This document shows, in pieces, positions 39,401 to 57,481 of a stretch of DNA of 64,000 nt; position 1 is the stretch's first letter; every line of letters starts with the position of its first letter. Source of the stretch: Paraspadella gotoi (taxonomy: Eukaryota > Animalia > Chaetognatha). The translations under genes and the position numbers were made by a program. The stretch covers positions 17,090,606 to 17,154,605 of the forward strand of contig CM119267.1 of the NCBI GenBank assembly GCA_051294375.1. Reading direction: 5' to 3'. The notes under the pieces are model-generated. The model did not search any database and was not told where the DNA came from. It worked only from the letters and a program-made list of their open reading frames with translations.

Positions 39401-39805
39401 TCAATTCAATTTAAAAGGTTCAAAAGCGAAAGTTACTCTGGAGCAAAAAGGACAAGGAGGAGCCTAAAACAACGTGCCTGGGTACATGGAAAGGCGCGCA
39501 GTTCGACGACACGAAGCAATCGGAGAAGTTCCGCAAATTGATGGGCATGGGAAACCTGGCGGATGACAAGAGCGCGGAGGGTGGGGCCTCTTCGTCTGGC
39601 GAGGAAGTCAAGAAGAAGCAGGAAGAGCTGTATAAGAATTTAGAGCGGCAGGTAGCTCTCGTTTTATTTTCTTTAAAATTTTCAATCTTTTCATCTTTAA
39701 ATTTATAATTTTTAAAAAAAAATTTAGTATGAACTCTCGCGGATGCAGACACACACGGGCAAAGGCATCGGACTTGGATTCAATTCAGCTTTTCCTCCAC
39801 CGTAG
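33474..39805 (+). CDS. RSRC2: Arginine/serine-rich coiled-coil protein 2 (RS region plus SMAP domain)
   Basis: RS/RD-rich exons, then ETGIAVPKFYNPTAVNPMKYAEQVQKRKLLW, KFRKLMG, LERQYELSRMQTHTGKGIGLGF. Phase-compatible splice 35675/38471 across a 2.8-kb intron. Confidence 0.9.
35966..37075 (+). CDS. Intronless 369-aa ORF with one C-x2-C-x12-H-x4-C zinc finger, nested in an RSRC2 intron
   Basis: ATG in aaaATG context, exon-like GC content, CFFCGLTFCDEAAFDRHVDSRC and a DHNY motif. Confidence 0.7.
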   Translation: MSKSSNLMKKYSSTKMSDFNPPRRLSTRLSTKGPFAVPNHLVDHNYAKRPPFPSCARILAKFRVALSTARVKLWSLHERRRNEKKSSSASGLLRFSSRPSLRYRRRDEDTLKYNVSRRTIYDGRDKFVCRTMNETQIRLSRRMIHENRLYSSQSRIRPVPSRVAKLSRPVSCASLSSRPQIQSSLKSASRPLSLPPLATVAPPPRPSNDYADDDYYGFCFFCGLTFCDEAAFDRHVDSRCFQFRPEELNKTTEMSGISWDEASSYDGIVERRSHRSQNSNADVVGELLSSGSSTEVVTINSGKWRRISEGSISTDSDYQTATPSPVSAPSDPVEARFNFEPILKTASGFTAIDKTSESEAFVPVECANF

Positions 39806-40177
39806 TGAGCTTGATATTTATCTCGCCACTTCGCCCTTCCCCGTCCCTTTCCCAGTCTTCATTACTTTCCGCCCTCATTTGGTCTCTCCCGTCCCATCAA
39901 CGAGCATTCTGTTCTTTCAATCCCTCTATAACCCTCTTAAACGTTTTGTGTTACGTATCTTTTAGTTTTTAGTTATGACTCGTTTATTTTCTCTGTAAAT
40001 ACACTTTGCAATGACAATGTTGTAAATTTTCTGTTTTGAAAATTAGATTCATTCTGAGTTTTTCCGTTTTCTTTTAGATTCAATTTAAATCGAAAATGTA
40101 GACAGATTTTTATGGAAATGAAACCGAGCAAACACCGAATCTTGCATTAACAAAAATAGACCAAGTCCTTGATCAAG

Positions 40178-44609
<4,432 letters not shown>

Positions 44610-45272
44610 ACGTCTTTCCCTCGACACACATCCAACACACTTTTCAATTTACCGTACATGGATTCGTCAACTTGTTTTCTCTAGTCATTATTTCGTTTTT
44701 CCATTTTATTTTTCGACTACTGAATGCGTTATTATTACTTGTCATTGTTCATGTCTTATTTTCCAGCGAAAGAAAATGAGCGAGCTTCGACCCATTCCGT
44801 CACCCCCATCGAAAATAACAAGAATTAACCAAATGTCGAAACACTAACTACAATATGCATCGTGCAAAAGTCTTCCATTCCAAGAGCTGGGTGTACGGCT
44901 AACTAAGCATTCCGCGCATTTTTCCAAATTCAATAACTGTGTGATCGAAACCCTCTTTTTGCTCACGATATTTACTCGCCTTGCCTCAACCACGCTTTAC
45001 TCACCGCAAGTAGAACAAGATTCTTGGAACAGGACAGTTAACAAAACCATATTGTAATTATAACGATACAACGATTTAAAGCTACAACATAAAAAGAAGC
45101 AAAAAAAATTTAACAAGCGACTACAAAACAAGGAAAAAAGGAAGAAATTTGCCATACCCTCAATATTGTGCCTTCCCACCCTATATTTTGATTCTACTTT
45201 CAACACGCATAAAAGAAAGCTTCGCTCAAATAATAAGCAGAGAGCAATAAAATACAAAATCAATCTTGAAGA

Positions 45273-48200
45273 ATGACGCGATTTCCATGGAAAAGCAGTT
45301 TTTCTTTTTCGCCCGTGGCGATTCTTGTGTTCTTGTGTTCGACCCTGTCTTCCGTGAGATGCGATCCAATTTTCGTTGGGGAGGCGGGGGAGATCTCGCT
45401 CCCGTGCGATTATGAAGGTACTACAGAAATGAAAATTGCATGGAAGACGTTTGATATCTTGCCGAATGTAATGAATGATGAATATTTCTTCTCCCGATAA
45501 ATAGGGGAACTAAGCGAACGAATTTCTGGGGCCGTCAACTGGATATTTGAGCCGACGACCGGCTCGTCGGAAGAGCTCGTCAAGGCCTGGCCTCCCTCCA
45601 AAAATCCAGAGCCGCAAATTTTAGAAAAATTCAAGGGTAATTGTTACTTATTTGAAAGTAACACTCGGTTTTATTTAATATTTATTCCATCAGGAATGAA
45701 CTGTCAAATGTATTTTCATCCCGGTAGCCTTTTAATCTTCCCGGTTCTTTGGCAGATAATGTCACTCTATCTCAGCAAGCAGGATCCGCAGCGATATTTT
45801 TGAGCGGATTTTCATCTCAAATGGAAGGCATTTACAAATGCAACCTGATTTTGGCCGACGGTAGCGATGTCAAGGTTTGTTGTATTTTTTATTTTTTTTT
45901 TGTTATATAGATTTATTATTTCATCCACTATTTCCATTCGTCACTTTTCTTTTTTTTTTCAGATCAATCATGACGTGAAATTATCTTTCTTGAATCAACC
46001 CATACTTTTTTCGGGGGAATCAAGGATAACTATATTGGAAGGGCAGGTAAATAAATAATAAATTATGTTATGTTGACAAACTACCTCAAGTAATCTGGAA
46101 AAGGTTTAGAACGTTAGACGCGATGATGATTTTTTTTTCCCTACCTTTAGGTTTCTGAAATCCACTGCGATATTTTTGCCCTGCCAGCGCCGACCGTGTC
46201 GTGGCGACTCAACGGCTTGGCTGTCGATCAGAAGTCAATTAAAATGTTGACCAGCGACAGTAAACCCAACTTACACATTTCTGTGTACAAGTTGAATCCC
46301 AGAAAAAGTCAGCAGGACGAGGTCGTCGAGTGCATCGCCAACGGTGAGAGATTTTTGGCGTCACGTGGATTGTGACTTTTTTTATTTATTTATTATTTTT
46401 TTATAAGTATTCAAATGAATAAAAGTCCAATGATGAATCTTCACGAACATTTCTTCCCGACACTCATATGAAATTGGTACAACCAATATAAAAATTATCC
46501 ATTCATTTAATAAATAAGCTATCTTGCCCCTGACTTTGGACAGGCTTTGGTAGCTTTGGTGGTTATTTTATTCTTATTTCCAATTTCTTGTGGCTTTTTT
46601 TAACTAATCGTCTAAATCAATGCGGGGTTTTGTTTCAGGTCCGGCGGTTGAGACGGTCCCGTCCCGCAAGGCACAGTGGCCGAGCGGTATCGTCTCGGCG
46701 GCCCCCCTTAATGTTAACTACCCCCCCGACGCCCCTTACATCACTCTGGAAGAAGATCTTTGGTTTTACGAGAGCACCTTGTTGGCCCTGGGATGCACCG
46801 TTTCGGATCGAGGTTGGGCTATGATTCTTCCCTTTTTTTTTTGTAGATATTTTAACGCTGTGTGATGTGACACTTTGGTAGAAATAGTGATGATTGAACT
46901 AAATGTATTTAGTTTTCCTTACTACTGCTACTGTCGTATCTAGCCGATCCCGTTAAGTATAAGCGAAATCTCATTTCTCACGTCTCCGTAGTTTTGTGTA
47001 TCATAGCATTGTGGTATGTAAATAGCGATGTCAATAGAGCTGTTAACGAACATAGCTACACGGTCAATGTCGAATCTCTTTTGAGATCATGTACATTATA
47101 TTGTACATTATATTTTCCTTCTTCAACCCCCTACCCCTTTCCCATTTTCCTTAACGACAGGCAATCCTCCCGCCAAGATCTCGATGGTCTTCCCCGACTT
47201 CCAAATGACCGAAACTGAAACCAACTCCTTCGTGCAGAAGACCTTTCGACTGTTGCCCTCCTACAATGGAGAGAAGATCGCCTGTACGGCAAAAAGCCCA
47301 ATATCGCGTCTCACCAAAGTCACCACGAAAACTCTCAAGGTCGCCTATGGGCCGTTCGACGTCAAGATCGAGGGGAATCGTGAGTCATCCGCGTCAAATG
47401 ACGATTTTTTTAAGGTTAATAATAATTTATTCATCATGTTATATTTCTCTCAGGCAAATTCAAGGAAGACTCTCCCGATTTTTTACGTCTTCGCTGCACC
47501 GCGTCGCAAGCGAACCCGCGCGCAACGATCACGTGGTCCGGCTTCCGGCCGGAAATCGCGAAGATCGTCAACGAAACACAACTTCTTCTCAACCCAACTT
47601 GGAGAGACCATGGCACTAAGGTTTTTCGACGTTTATAATACAGGTGAAATGAATTTAAATATTATACGTGACGTGATTATACTCAACTGCAGATCACCTG
47701 TACTGGGAGCAATCCATACAACGACGATCGATCGAAAGATGTTGAGCAATCAATCCGGCTCAACGTCTTGCACCCACCTAGGTGGAATGGAACCAAAGAG
47801 AGCAAGGTGAGTCAAAGAACAAAAGCTCAACGTTTCCATTTTGCTAAATTCTTTTATTTTCCGCTTAGACTGTCGCTAAAGCGAGCGGACAAGAGGCTTT
47901 ACTCCCGTGCAATGTGGTCGCAAATCCCGGGAAAGACCTCAAGTACGATTGGTATTATAATGGCCAGAAAGTCGGTGCAGGGGACGCCAGGGAGATAAAG
48001 GTGAGGTAGTTGTTATTATGGCGCTAATTTTGAATAATATTATAAAAAGAAAAGACAAAGATCATTTAAACATGTAATGCTAACTTAACATTTTTGTTTT
48101 ATTTAAGTACATGGAAGCATTAAAAAAAATAATACCTAGCTTTTCTAAAATAAACTCAATTCTAAAAAACATAATTTTTATATTGGTTGTACCAATTTCA

Positions 48201-49088
48201 TGCAATGCCGCAGATTCGCGCAGAACCATCGCGGTTCGGGTCGTACTTGTGTCGTGCTCACAACACTGTGGGCTCCACCGATTTCATTGTTCAACTCATA
48301 GACGCCGACCTCATCGCTAAAGAAGGCGCCAAATATCAAACGGCGCTCATCGGAGGCATCATAGCCGCCATCCTCATCGTTATCATCATTTGTTTGTTAC
48401 GTGAGTTTCCTAATCTTCCGCTGTCGCCTCCTTGATCGTTTAAGATTATCGAGATAGTTATCAAGATTGTTTTCATGGAACCAGCGTTAAAAAAAATCAT
48501 TAGCGTTTCCACTTTCCGCCCAGTGACCTACTTTTTACGAAATCGAGAATCCAAGTCTTCTCCTCAATCGCCAAAGCGCCGGTCGCCTTCAATCGAAGAG
48601 GAGGAGAAGAACCTCCAAGTCAATCACGACGACACTCCTTCCAACGAAAAACCGGTGAGGGGGGGGAAAGGGGGGGCGGATGTTTAGCAAAAGTCTTCTG
48701 CTCAATTTATAATCCTTGTTAAACTACGATGCAGCCGAACGATCGTTTGATCTACGCCGACGTCACTCCCACGAAGGAACCCAACGCGAACAATCCGCTC
48801 ATTCGAAACAAGGCCCTACCCACGGTTTGGATGCTTTGTTTTAAAACTTTTTCTTCCTTTAACTCGTTTCGTTGAGACTTGAGAGCTTGAAGTTGAACCT
48901 ACGTTTTAGAAATTTTTTTTTCAATTCTACAATTCGACCTTATATTTTTTTTAATCCCCCAGGACTATGCTGTGATCGACTACACGCGAAATGGCGGTAC
49001 GCCGGCGCATCGACGCCCTGTCGGCGGCGTCCCCGTCTTCGCGGGGCTCGAGGGAGGCTTCCGCCCGATGAAGTCCACTCCCATTTGA
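45273..49088 (+). CDS. Ig-superfamily single-pass adhesion/receptor protein (nephrin/sidestep/echinoid-like architecture)
   Basis: Signal peptide; Ig motifs (LPCDY, GIYKC, GNPPAKISM, CTASQANPRATITW, GSYLCRAHNTVGS); transmembrane helix LIGGIIAAILIVIIICLL; cytoplasmic LIYADV and DYAVI; ends STPI. Confidence 0.82.
46418..46551. repeat. Short dispersed two-module repeat, copy in an Ig-gene intron
   Basis: Matches 13012-13143 with one module inverted. Confidence 0.85.
48171..48201. repeat. Partial copy of the short dispersed hairpin repeat
   Basis: ataatttttatattggttgtaccaatttcat is identical to ~13065-13095. Confidence 0.8.
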
Positions 49089-50905
49089 ATAATGATTTAC
49101 ATTGATTTTAAAGCATACGAAATTGTGGAGCCAAAAACTTCAAGCTTTGGCGGAAAGATATAAACAATTAAACATACCACCGTCGTCTCACCTTAACAGG
49201 AGGTTCTTTTCATCCCCGAGAGTTAGCGATTTATTATCAGTTTTGATGATAAATCCTTGACTTTATTTTAGTTATACTTATCTTAATTCATTAGAAGGGA
49301 GGCGGGGAGCTTGTGATACTGTGATTGTGCCGTTAAACCTATTGCGCGCCGGCTTCTCCCAACCCAAGTTTCGTGACCCGTCTAGTGTTACGTCTGCAAT
49401 GTTAGCTTGCCTGCATGATGACATCGACTTTATTTTATCATAGACACTTGTTTTCTCTTTCAATGTTATATTTTTCTCCAAAGCCAAGTATTCGCTAATC
49501 GAAAACGTACATATATATCTATATACAAACGGATTTTCTATCGCCGAATCATTTAATTTTCCTGATCTACTATGTGATAGATTTTACTATGTTGTATTCA
49601 CTGCGTAGCCTCTACTTTTCTGCTAAGAATCCGTGTGATTCCGACTTTTGCCAAAAATACATATCGTCTGTTAAAAGGATTTATCCGCACAAATAGATTA
49701 TGGATGGCACAGTTCGTTGGGTTTCAGATAATGAATTTTGATTCCTATATTTTTTTTTCTTATTAGATATTAAATGCATATTATAGAGCACAGAGTTCCT
49801 TTCATGTGAGCTCTGTGAAAAATTAAACATATTTTTCAGAAAAAGTCCTAAATTATACAATATACATGGCCTTTATAAATCGTTTACAACCATTCTGCTG
49901 ATACATTCTACAATCTACATTCCATGAACTTGTTATTTAATTACTGTATATGTAAATTGGGTCTATTTTTATAACTTCGTGTCTGGGGAGGGTCAAAATT
50001 TTTATTTTCAAACAGCTCAATTCAAAAGACCCTCCTTCAGAAATAATTTTTTTCATTGTTGGGGCAAGTTACCTCATCAATTATTTTATCGTTATTGTTA
50101 ATTAGTCAAACGTTACATGTTAAACGTTAATCACGTAAGTTATGATGCAAAGTGAGTTATTAAATCATAAATCATGTCCTCTTTTGGGTAATTTATAGTT
50201 TCTTAGTCTCCTCACTTACATGTTTTCTTAATGTTCTCACTTTTTTCACCTTAATTAATTTAAGGTAATATATGACAATCATTTTACAGTTTAACTTTAA
50301 TATGTTAGGTTTATAAGGTCTTAAAAATGTGTTTTTTGGATTTAAGAGAAAAGAGTAAAGTGATGTTTCTGTTTCACAATGTCTAAAGTAAAGTTAAATT
50401 TTTAAACACCCCGGTTAATCGTAGATCACTGCCGTTTTTGAATATTAGAATATTAAGTGTTTCGCACATATTGCTTGTTCGTTTTATATAAAGAATATAT
50501 TCCTACTAGATTCATTTAGATATACTGAGATACTGTAATTTTGTATAAAACCAATTGATTCATTGCCTCTATTACACTAGTCAAAAAACTAGCCTTTGAA
50601 ACCTGTCCTCTTAAGAAAATGTAAACTATGCAGCCAAAGTATATTTTAGGTTTTCATTCTTGCACGCAATTAATAATAGGCCTTTTTGCGCGCTTGGTGG
50701 TGATATATAATAATTCAATGTTACAGATTTAAAACTGTAGTTGTCATTATAATAAAACAATACTTCAAAACTTGAGTAATTATTCTCGTAAATGTTCATC
50801 GACATTCATTCTTAAAAGCTGCATTTCTTCCTCTATAGATCTTATTGTGAAAGAAAATAACAAGATTAACACCGTTTGGAGAGTACCCTCTACCCAATCA
50901 TCCAA

Positions 50906-51211
50906 ATGCCTTCGGTAGAAAAAAGAGCTTTCAAGGATTTTTCATTCAAAGACGACTCTCCGCCGTTAAAAGCACTCAAAACAAACGATTTAAAAAAGTG
51001 CCAAACAAAAACCGTCAATTCTTCTCAATTCGCCAATGATATTCACATTGAAAAAGACAAAAAGACCATTATGCTTCCGATTTCTGCATTCTGCTTTACT
51101 TCCAAGTACCATTCGTCTCGTTCATTTCAAAATCAGGAAAGCTCTAGCATTTGTCAGCGATGCTTGTCGGGAGAGCCCGGACATTTTCGTCATATTATTA
51201 GTCACCTATAA
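50906..51211 (+). CDS. Small intronless protein with a C-terminal CxxCxxGExGHxxH motif (C10orf143-like)
   Basis: CQRCLSGEPGHFRHI resembles the remembered C10orf143 tail CPRCIAGESGHFSH; acceptor-like ctctatag at 50838. Confidence 0.6.
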   Translation: MPSVEKRAFKDFSFKDDSPPLKALKTNDLKKCQTKTVNSSQFANDIHIEKDKKTIMLPISAFCFTSKYHSSRSFQNQESSSICQRCLSGEPGHFRHIISHL

Positions 51212-52428
51212 ATTTATAAAGTATACGTAAACTTTGGAAACACTATGTATAACCTTATCATATTCTCTTCACGAATTTCATTTTCGTTACATATTTTTGT
51301 GTTTAACAAAATGTTCCAATTTTCGTTTAAAAATACACAGTATGGAATAGTTTTTTGTTTGTTTTCGTCATATAAAATTCGCAAATGATTCAGAGGAGAT
51401 TACTTTGCCTTCTAATTTTGAGAGAACAGTCACGAAATGCTGATATTAGTTCTTTTATGGCTTATAAGCTCGAAAAGAAATATTTTATCTCGCTAGTAGT
51501 AGGATTAAAATATGTTTAGATCATTTATTCATTAACAATATATATTTTTTTTCATATGAAAAAAGTCAAATCTCATTTTTGTCTTTAAATTTTTTGATTG
51601 AATAGTCATGAATTTTGACGAAGAACACAACTTGTGGCTAGTGGAACAAGCATCTTTATAAAATAAATTGTGAAAATTAAATGGCAAGTTTTCTAGAACA
51701 GTATTAGAAGCTAAAGCCAAAGCACTTCCTCCGTTGGCCCAAAAATTACTATATATATTATTGTATACAGAAGACTGTATCGGAGATGCCGCGATTTTCC
51801 TAATTAAGTTTACCTTTTGTTTCCATATCAATAGCATCGTTTGACAATGACCGTCGGTTTTTGAAGGGTACTACTCCTTGGCATGTGGCTAAGCATCACA
51901 TGACATCAGTTACTTTCAATCCAGTTTGATCAGTGTTTTGTAAAATGCTTTGAATAAAAATCTAGCTAAAAATATAGCTCTATAAAATGGTAACGAAATA
52001 ATGAGGCTATCCAGAGGGCCCGAGACTTGGAGAGCGAGAATCTGGCCTGAAAGAAACGAATGCATATTTTGTTTCACGAAAGAAACGCTCGACGTCATCG
52101 CTGGGTGACTCTCGCGTAGCTGGCAAATCCCTCTGGCTTCTCTCTTCCTCTCTTCCTCCTCCTCTCGCCAAATGCCATCTACAGCGTGTGAATGGGAGTA
52201 TTCGGCCTGGGATTCTATATATACTTACATACAGTACTACGTAATAAGATTGGTGTTTTTACAGCTCTTCAGTTATTGCGAAATTATTACCGTTAGTTTG
52301 GCAGCAGGGCGTGTCCAGCGTTAAAAAAAAAAAAATTGTTTACTACAAAGTCATGATTTTTAATGATTTTTGTGCTTTTCATTTCTAATCGATATTTCCT
52401 TAAGACCTTGACCAAAAATGAGAAGGAA

Positions 52429-55099
52429 ATGGAACTGGCACGAAGACGCCCCTTGAAGAAGCGAACGGAATCGAGTCCGATCCGTTTCGACGTCAAACTC
52501 GATGACTCCGTCATCAATTCCCCCAAAAGAACGAAAAGGGATCATGGCGCCGTCATCTCGGAAAACTTGGATCTCTCTTCCGTCAATTGGGGTTCGCAGG
52601 TTAGTCCATGGTTAGCTTCGGTTCGTACAGGTTCCGTTCGGTTCCGTCCTCGATACAATGGGAAGGGGAAATTTTGCCGGGAGCATCATTAGAGATATAT
52701 GTTGTGTGAAATTAGATCTAAAAGTCCCATCTTCCCGTTATAACGATTGTGTTGGTCCCGCTACCTAGGGCCCCAAATCGCCCGGCGTCACGTGGGATTT
52801 TTCCTCGCCGTCTCCGTCTCAGTACAAACGATTCACGCAGAAGAGTTTCGCGCGGAGAGAAGAGGAATCGAAACGAATCGCCGATCAGGTCCGATTGAGT
52901 TTGATGCTCACAGTTCCACCTTACGGATCAGACTTGGTCATTACAATTCTCAACGGCTTCCATTCTCAGATGAAAACGGATGGAATCAAAAGCAAATTCC
53001 TCGGAACGAAATGTTTCGACAGAAAGAAAGACGTCGGCGACTCGGAGAGAATTTCCATCGCCGAATTGGCTCGACTTAGCAAAAAGTCGCACTTTGGTAT
53101 TATAATTATAAATGGGGTAAAATTGCTTTTAAATTTTCTTTTATTCGGTTTTTATCTTAATGCATTGAGTTTTCCTTTTGGTTTGGATTCTATTTTATAT
53201 TTCTCTTCATTGCAGAACCCGTGCTCGCGGCATCGGTAGTGAGCATCGATGAACAACGGGCTTCGATATTCGAGGAAGTGCAAAAGCTTTGTTCGGAATT
53301 GCAAGCGGTAAGACTTCTGTTTTTTTTTTTTTAGGAAACTGTCTATGTTTGGACTCTTGACGTTCCTGCTTCATTTCCATCCTCAATTCTTTCTTCACCC
53401 TTTTCAGGAGAAGCGCTCGAGACTGGAGACGAATCGCGTCGCTTCCCTCGACGCCGGTCGCGCGTCTCCCAATTTACCTCTTCTTCTTCCTCAACGGTTG
53501 GATCTCGACGGCGAGCTTGATTCCGAGGATGAAAATAACAACGAGGACGAGACCCTCGAGGCGAATCGATCTTTTCCCCGACCCGAAAAGTCCGTCAGTC
53601 CCGAGTTTCCTGAATCACCGTCCGACGACAACTGTGAGTATTATTTGAAAAACAAATTTCCACTTTCTCCTTAAATTTTAGATGAAATTTATTGGTCGCT
53701 GTATGGAATGTCTTATACAACCGGTTTCTTTTAAGATCGCGAGTCGACGACAATCGCAAACGACTGGTCCGAATCGGATTTGGACGATTCTCTTTTCCTG
53801 AAAACTGCAACTCAAGCCGAACAAGCATTCATGGTCGAGCAGAATAAAGTAAGTTACTTCATTATGAATTTTATTTTATGATTTTATATTTGTGTGTCCC
53901 CTCAGGTCGATTCTCCCATCACCCCGGCTGCATTGGGGTCTTCCTCGGTCAAAAAACGTCTCTCGCTCGGAACGCCAAGAAGCGTGCGTCGCGTCGTAGT
54001 TGACTTGACGAGGGACGAGGGTGGCGCCGGTGGTGAAGACGCAGGGGACGCCGTCAAGGAGTCGAGTAAACACCAGTCGGCCGTCGACGGGATCGCGCTG
54101 CGCGTCTTCGCCGATGTTACCGAGGACCGCGAAAAGCCCGTCAAACAAACTGGAGCGATAGAACATCTCAATTCTTCTTCGATTTTGATGAGCGATTTTG
54201 ACGACGACGTTGACCTCTCGGTCATTGAGGCTGCGTCTCAGGAAATGAGCAAATCGGGGGCCGCGTCCCGTGCCGAGTCCAACGCCGCGTCGAGATTTTC
54301 CAGTAACAGTGCGTTACACGGATCACGATCCATGACATCGAAATCTTTATCCTTCGGTTCGGCGACGACTTCGCTAAAATCTAGAGAAGCTGATTTTGGT
54401 GTGGGGAAGATGTTTGAGAAACCGTCCGGTGGGCTTAGAACCATGGAGGACTCAATTTCGGGGCGGAAGTTGGTTCCGGACAAAATCGGCGCTTCCTCGA
54501 GACAAGGAAAGACCGAATATAGCTCTGGAATGGCGGGCTGGAGCGACGACGACATCGACGACGAAACACTGGCCACACTGATCGAGGAGATCGAAAGTCC
54601 TGGAAAGTCGGAAGCCGTGTTCACCTCTTTAGCCTCCGCTTCTGGCGGTCCTACGGCCAATCTTCCTCTCTCGAAGAAATCCTTACCGCATTCCTCTTCG
54701 TTTCCACAGTCTTTCAGCAGCAACGTCTCTGCCCATTCAGGGGCTTCAAATTGTTTCAAGCCGAAATATAACCCTATCGTCCGCTGGGGATCGAAGTCCA
54801 AGTCTTCCAACTTTGGTCGCGCTTACAAACCGGTGGCCTCTCTGGGTGCCTCTACCGTCGGCGCTTCGTCCGTTTTCAAGCGGCACCAGTCGGCGACGCA
54901 ACTTTCCTCGCCGAAGCTTAACCCTTCGGTGCCCAATCGTTCCAAGACGCCGGAACCGATGAAGAACGACTCCTTCTTCGACGACGACGACCTGGACGGT
55001 ATTGACGACGACGGAGAATTGGTGAACCTTTTTAAAAAAGCCGACGAAATTTGTGAGGCCTTCAACGCTACGCAGAGGAGCCAATCCTCGCTCAAATGA
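52429..55099 (+). CDS. Disordered Ser-rich protein with acidic-hydrophobic motifs, possibly ETAA1-like
   Basis: Multi-exon frame; VTWDFSSP near the N-terminus; repeated motifs DLDDSLFLKTATQ, FDDDVDLSVIEAASQ, WSDDDIDDETLATL and FFDDDDLDGIDDDGEL. The gene is well supported; the identity is tentative. Confidence 0.6.
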
Positions 55100-55399
55100 T
55101 TACCATATTCTGCCTTAGTTTTAATTGTAACTAATTCATTACCGTGTTATTTCGATCGTTATGTACTCAATTTGCCTTATTAAAAGAGCTTGAATCGCTC
55201 TTTCAGCGCCGAACACAATCCAATTTGATGGTTTTTCGAAGTCCAATTTTTCTACTGAATGATTGTTTCCAGCCAGTACAATATTTTTTCTAGCCTCGTC
55301 TTTGTTTTTAGGTGGATTCTTGAGAGGCCGTGTTTGAATGACCATTTTTTTTTGGCGTTAACAATCCCCCATTTAACTGATTTCTCAAACAAGTTGAAT

Positions 55400-57138
<1,739 letters not shown>

Positions 57139-57481
57139 CCACACATTGGTTGCATTTTACGTATTTATTTTCGTTTTTTTTTTTGTTCAGTATTTATCTT
57201 TCGGTTGTGATTTCTGTTTTACTAATTTTCAGCTTTTGTGTATATTGATCTTAACAAAGTTTCAAAGTATTTATTGTTGATATTTTCATAATTTTGAAAA
57301 TGTTTTATTTTTACATGTATATATATACACTATAAGAATTCTTTATTTTTATTAAGATGATTTGGAATTTGTGGGTCACTAGGTGACCTCACAAAGAAAT
57401 AGTCTTGATTCTCACATTATGATCAACGGATAGGAAAAATCTGCAAACTTTAGCTATGATTTAGCTTAAACCTATTTCAAA

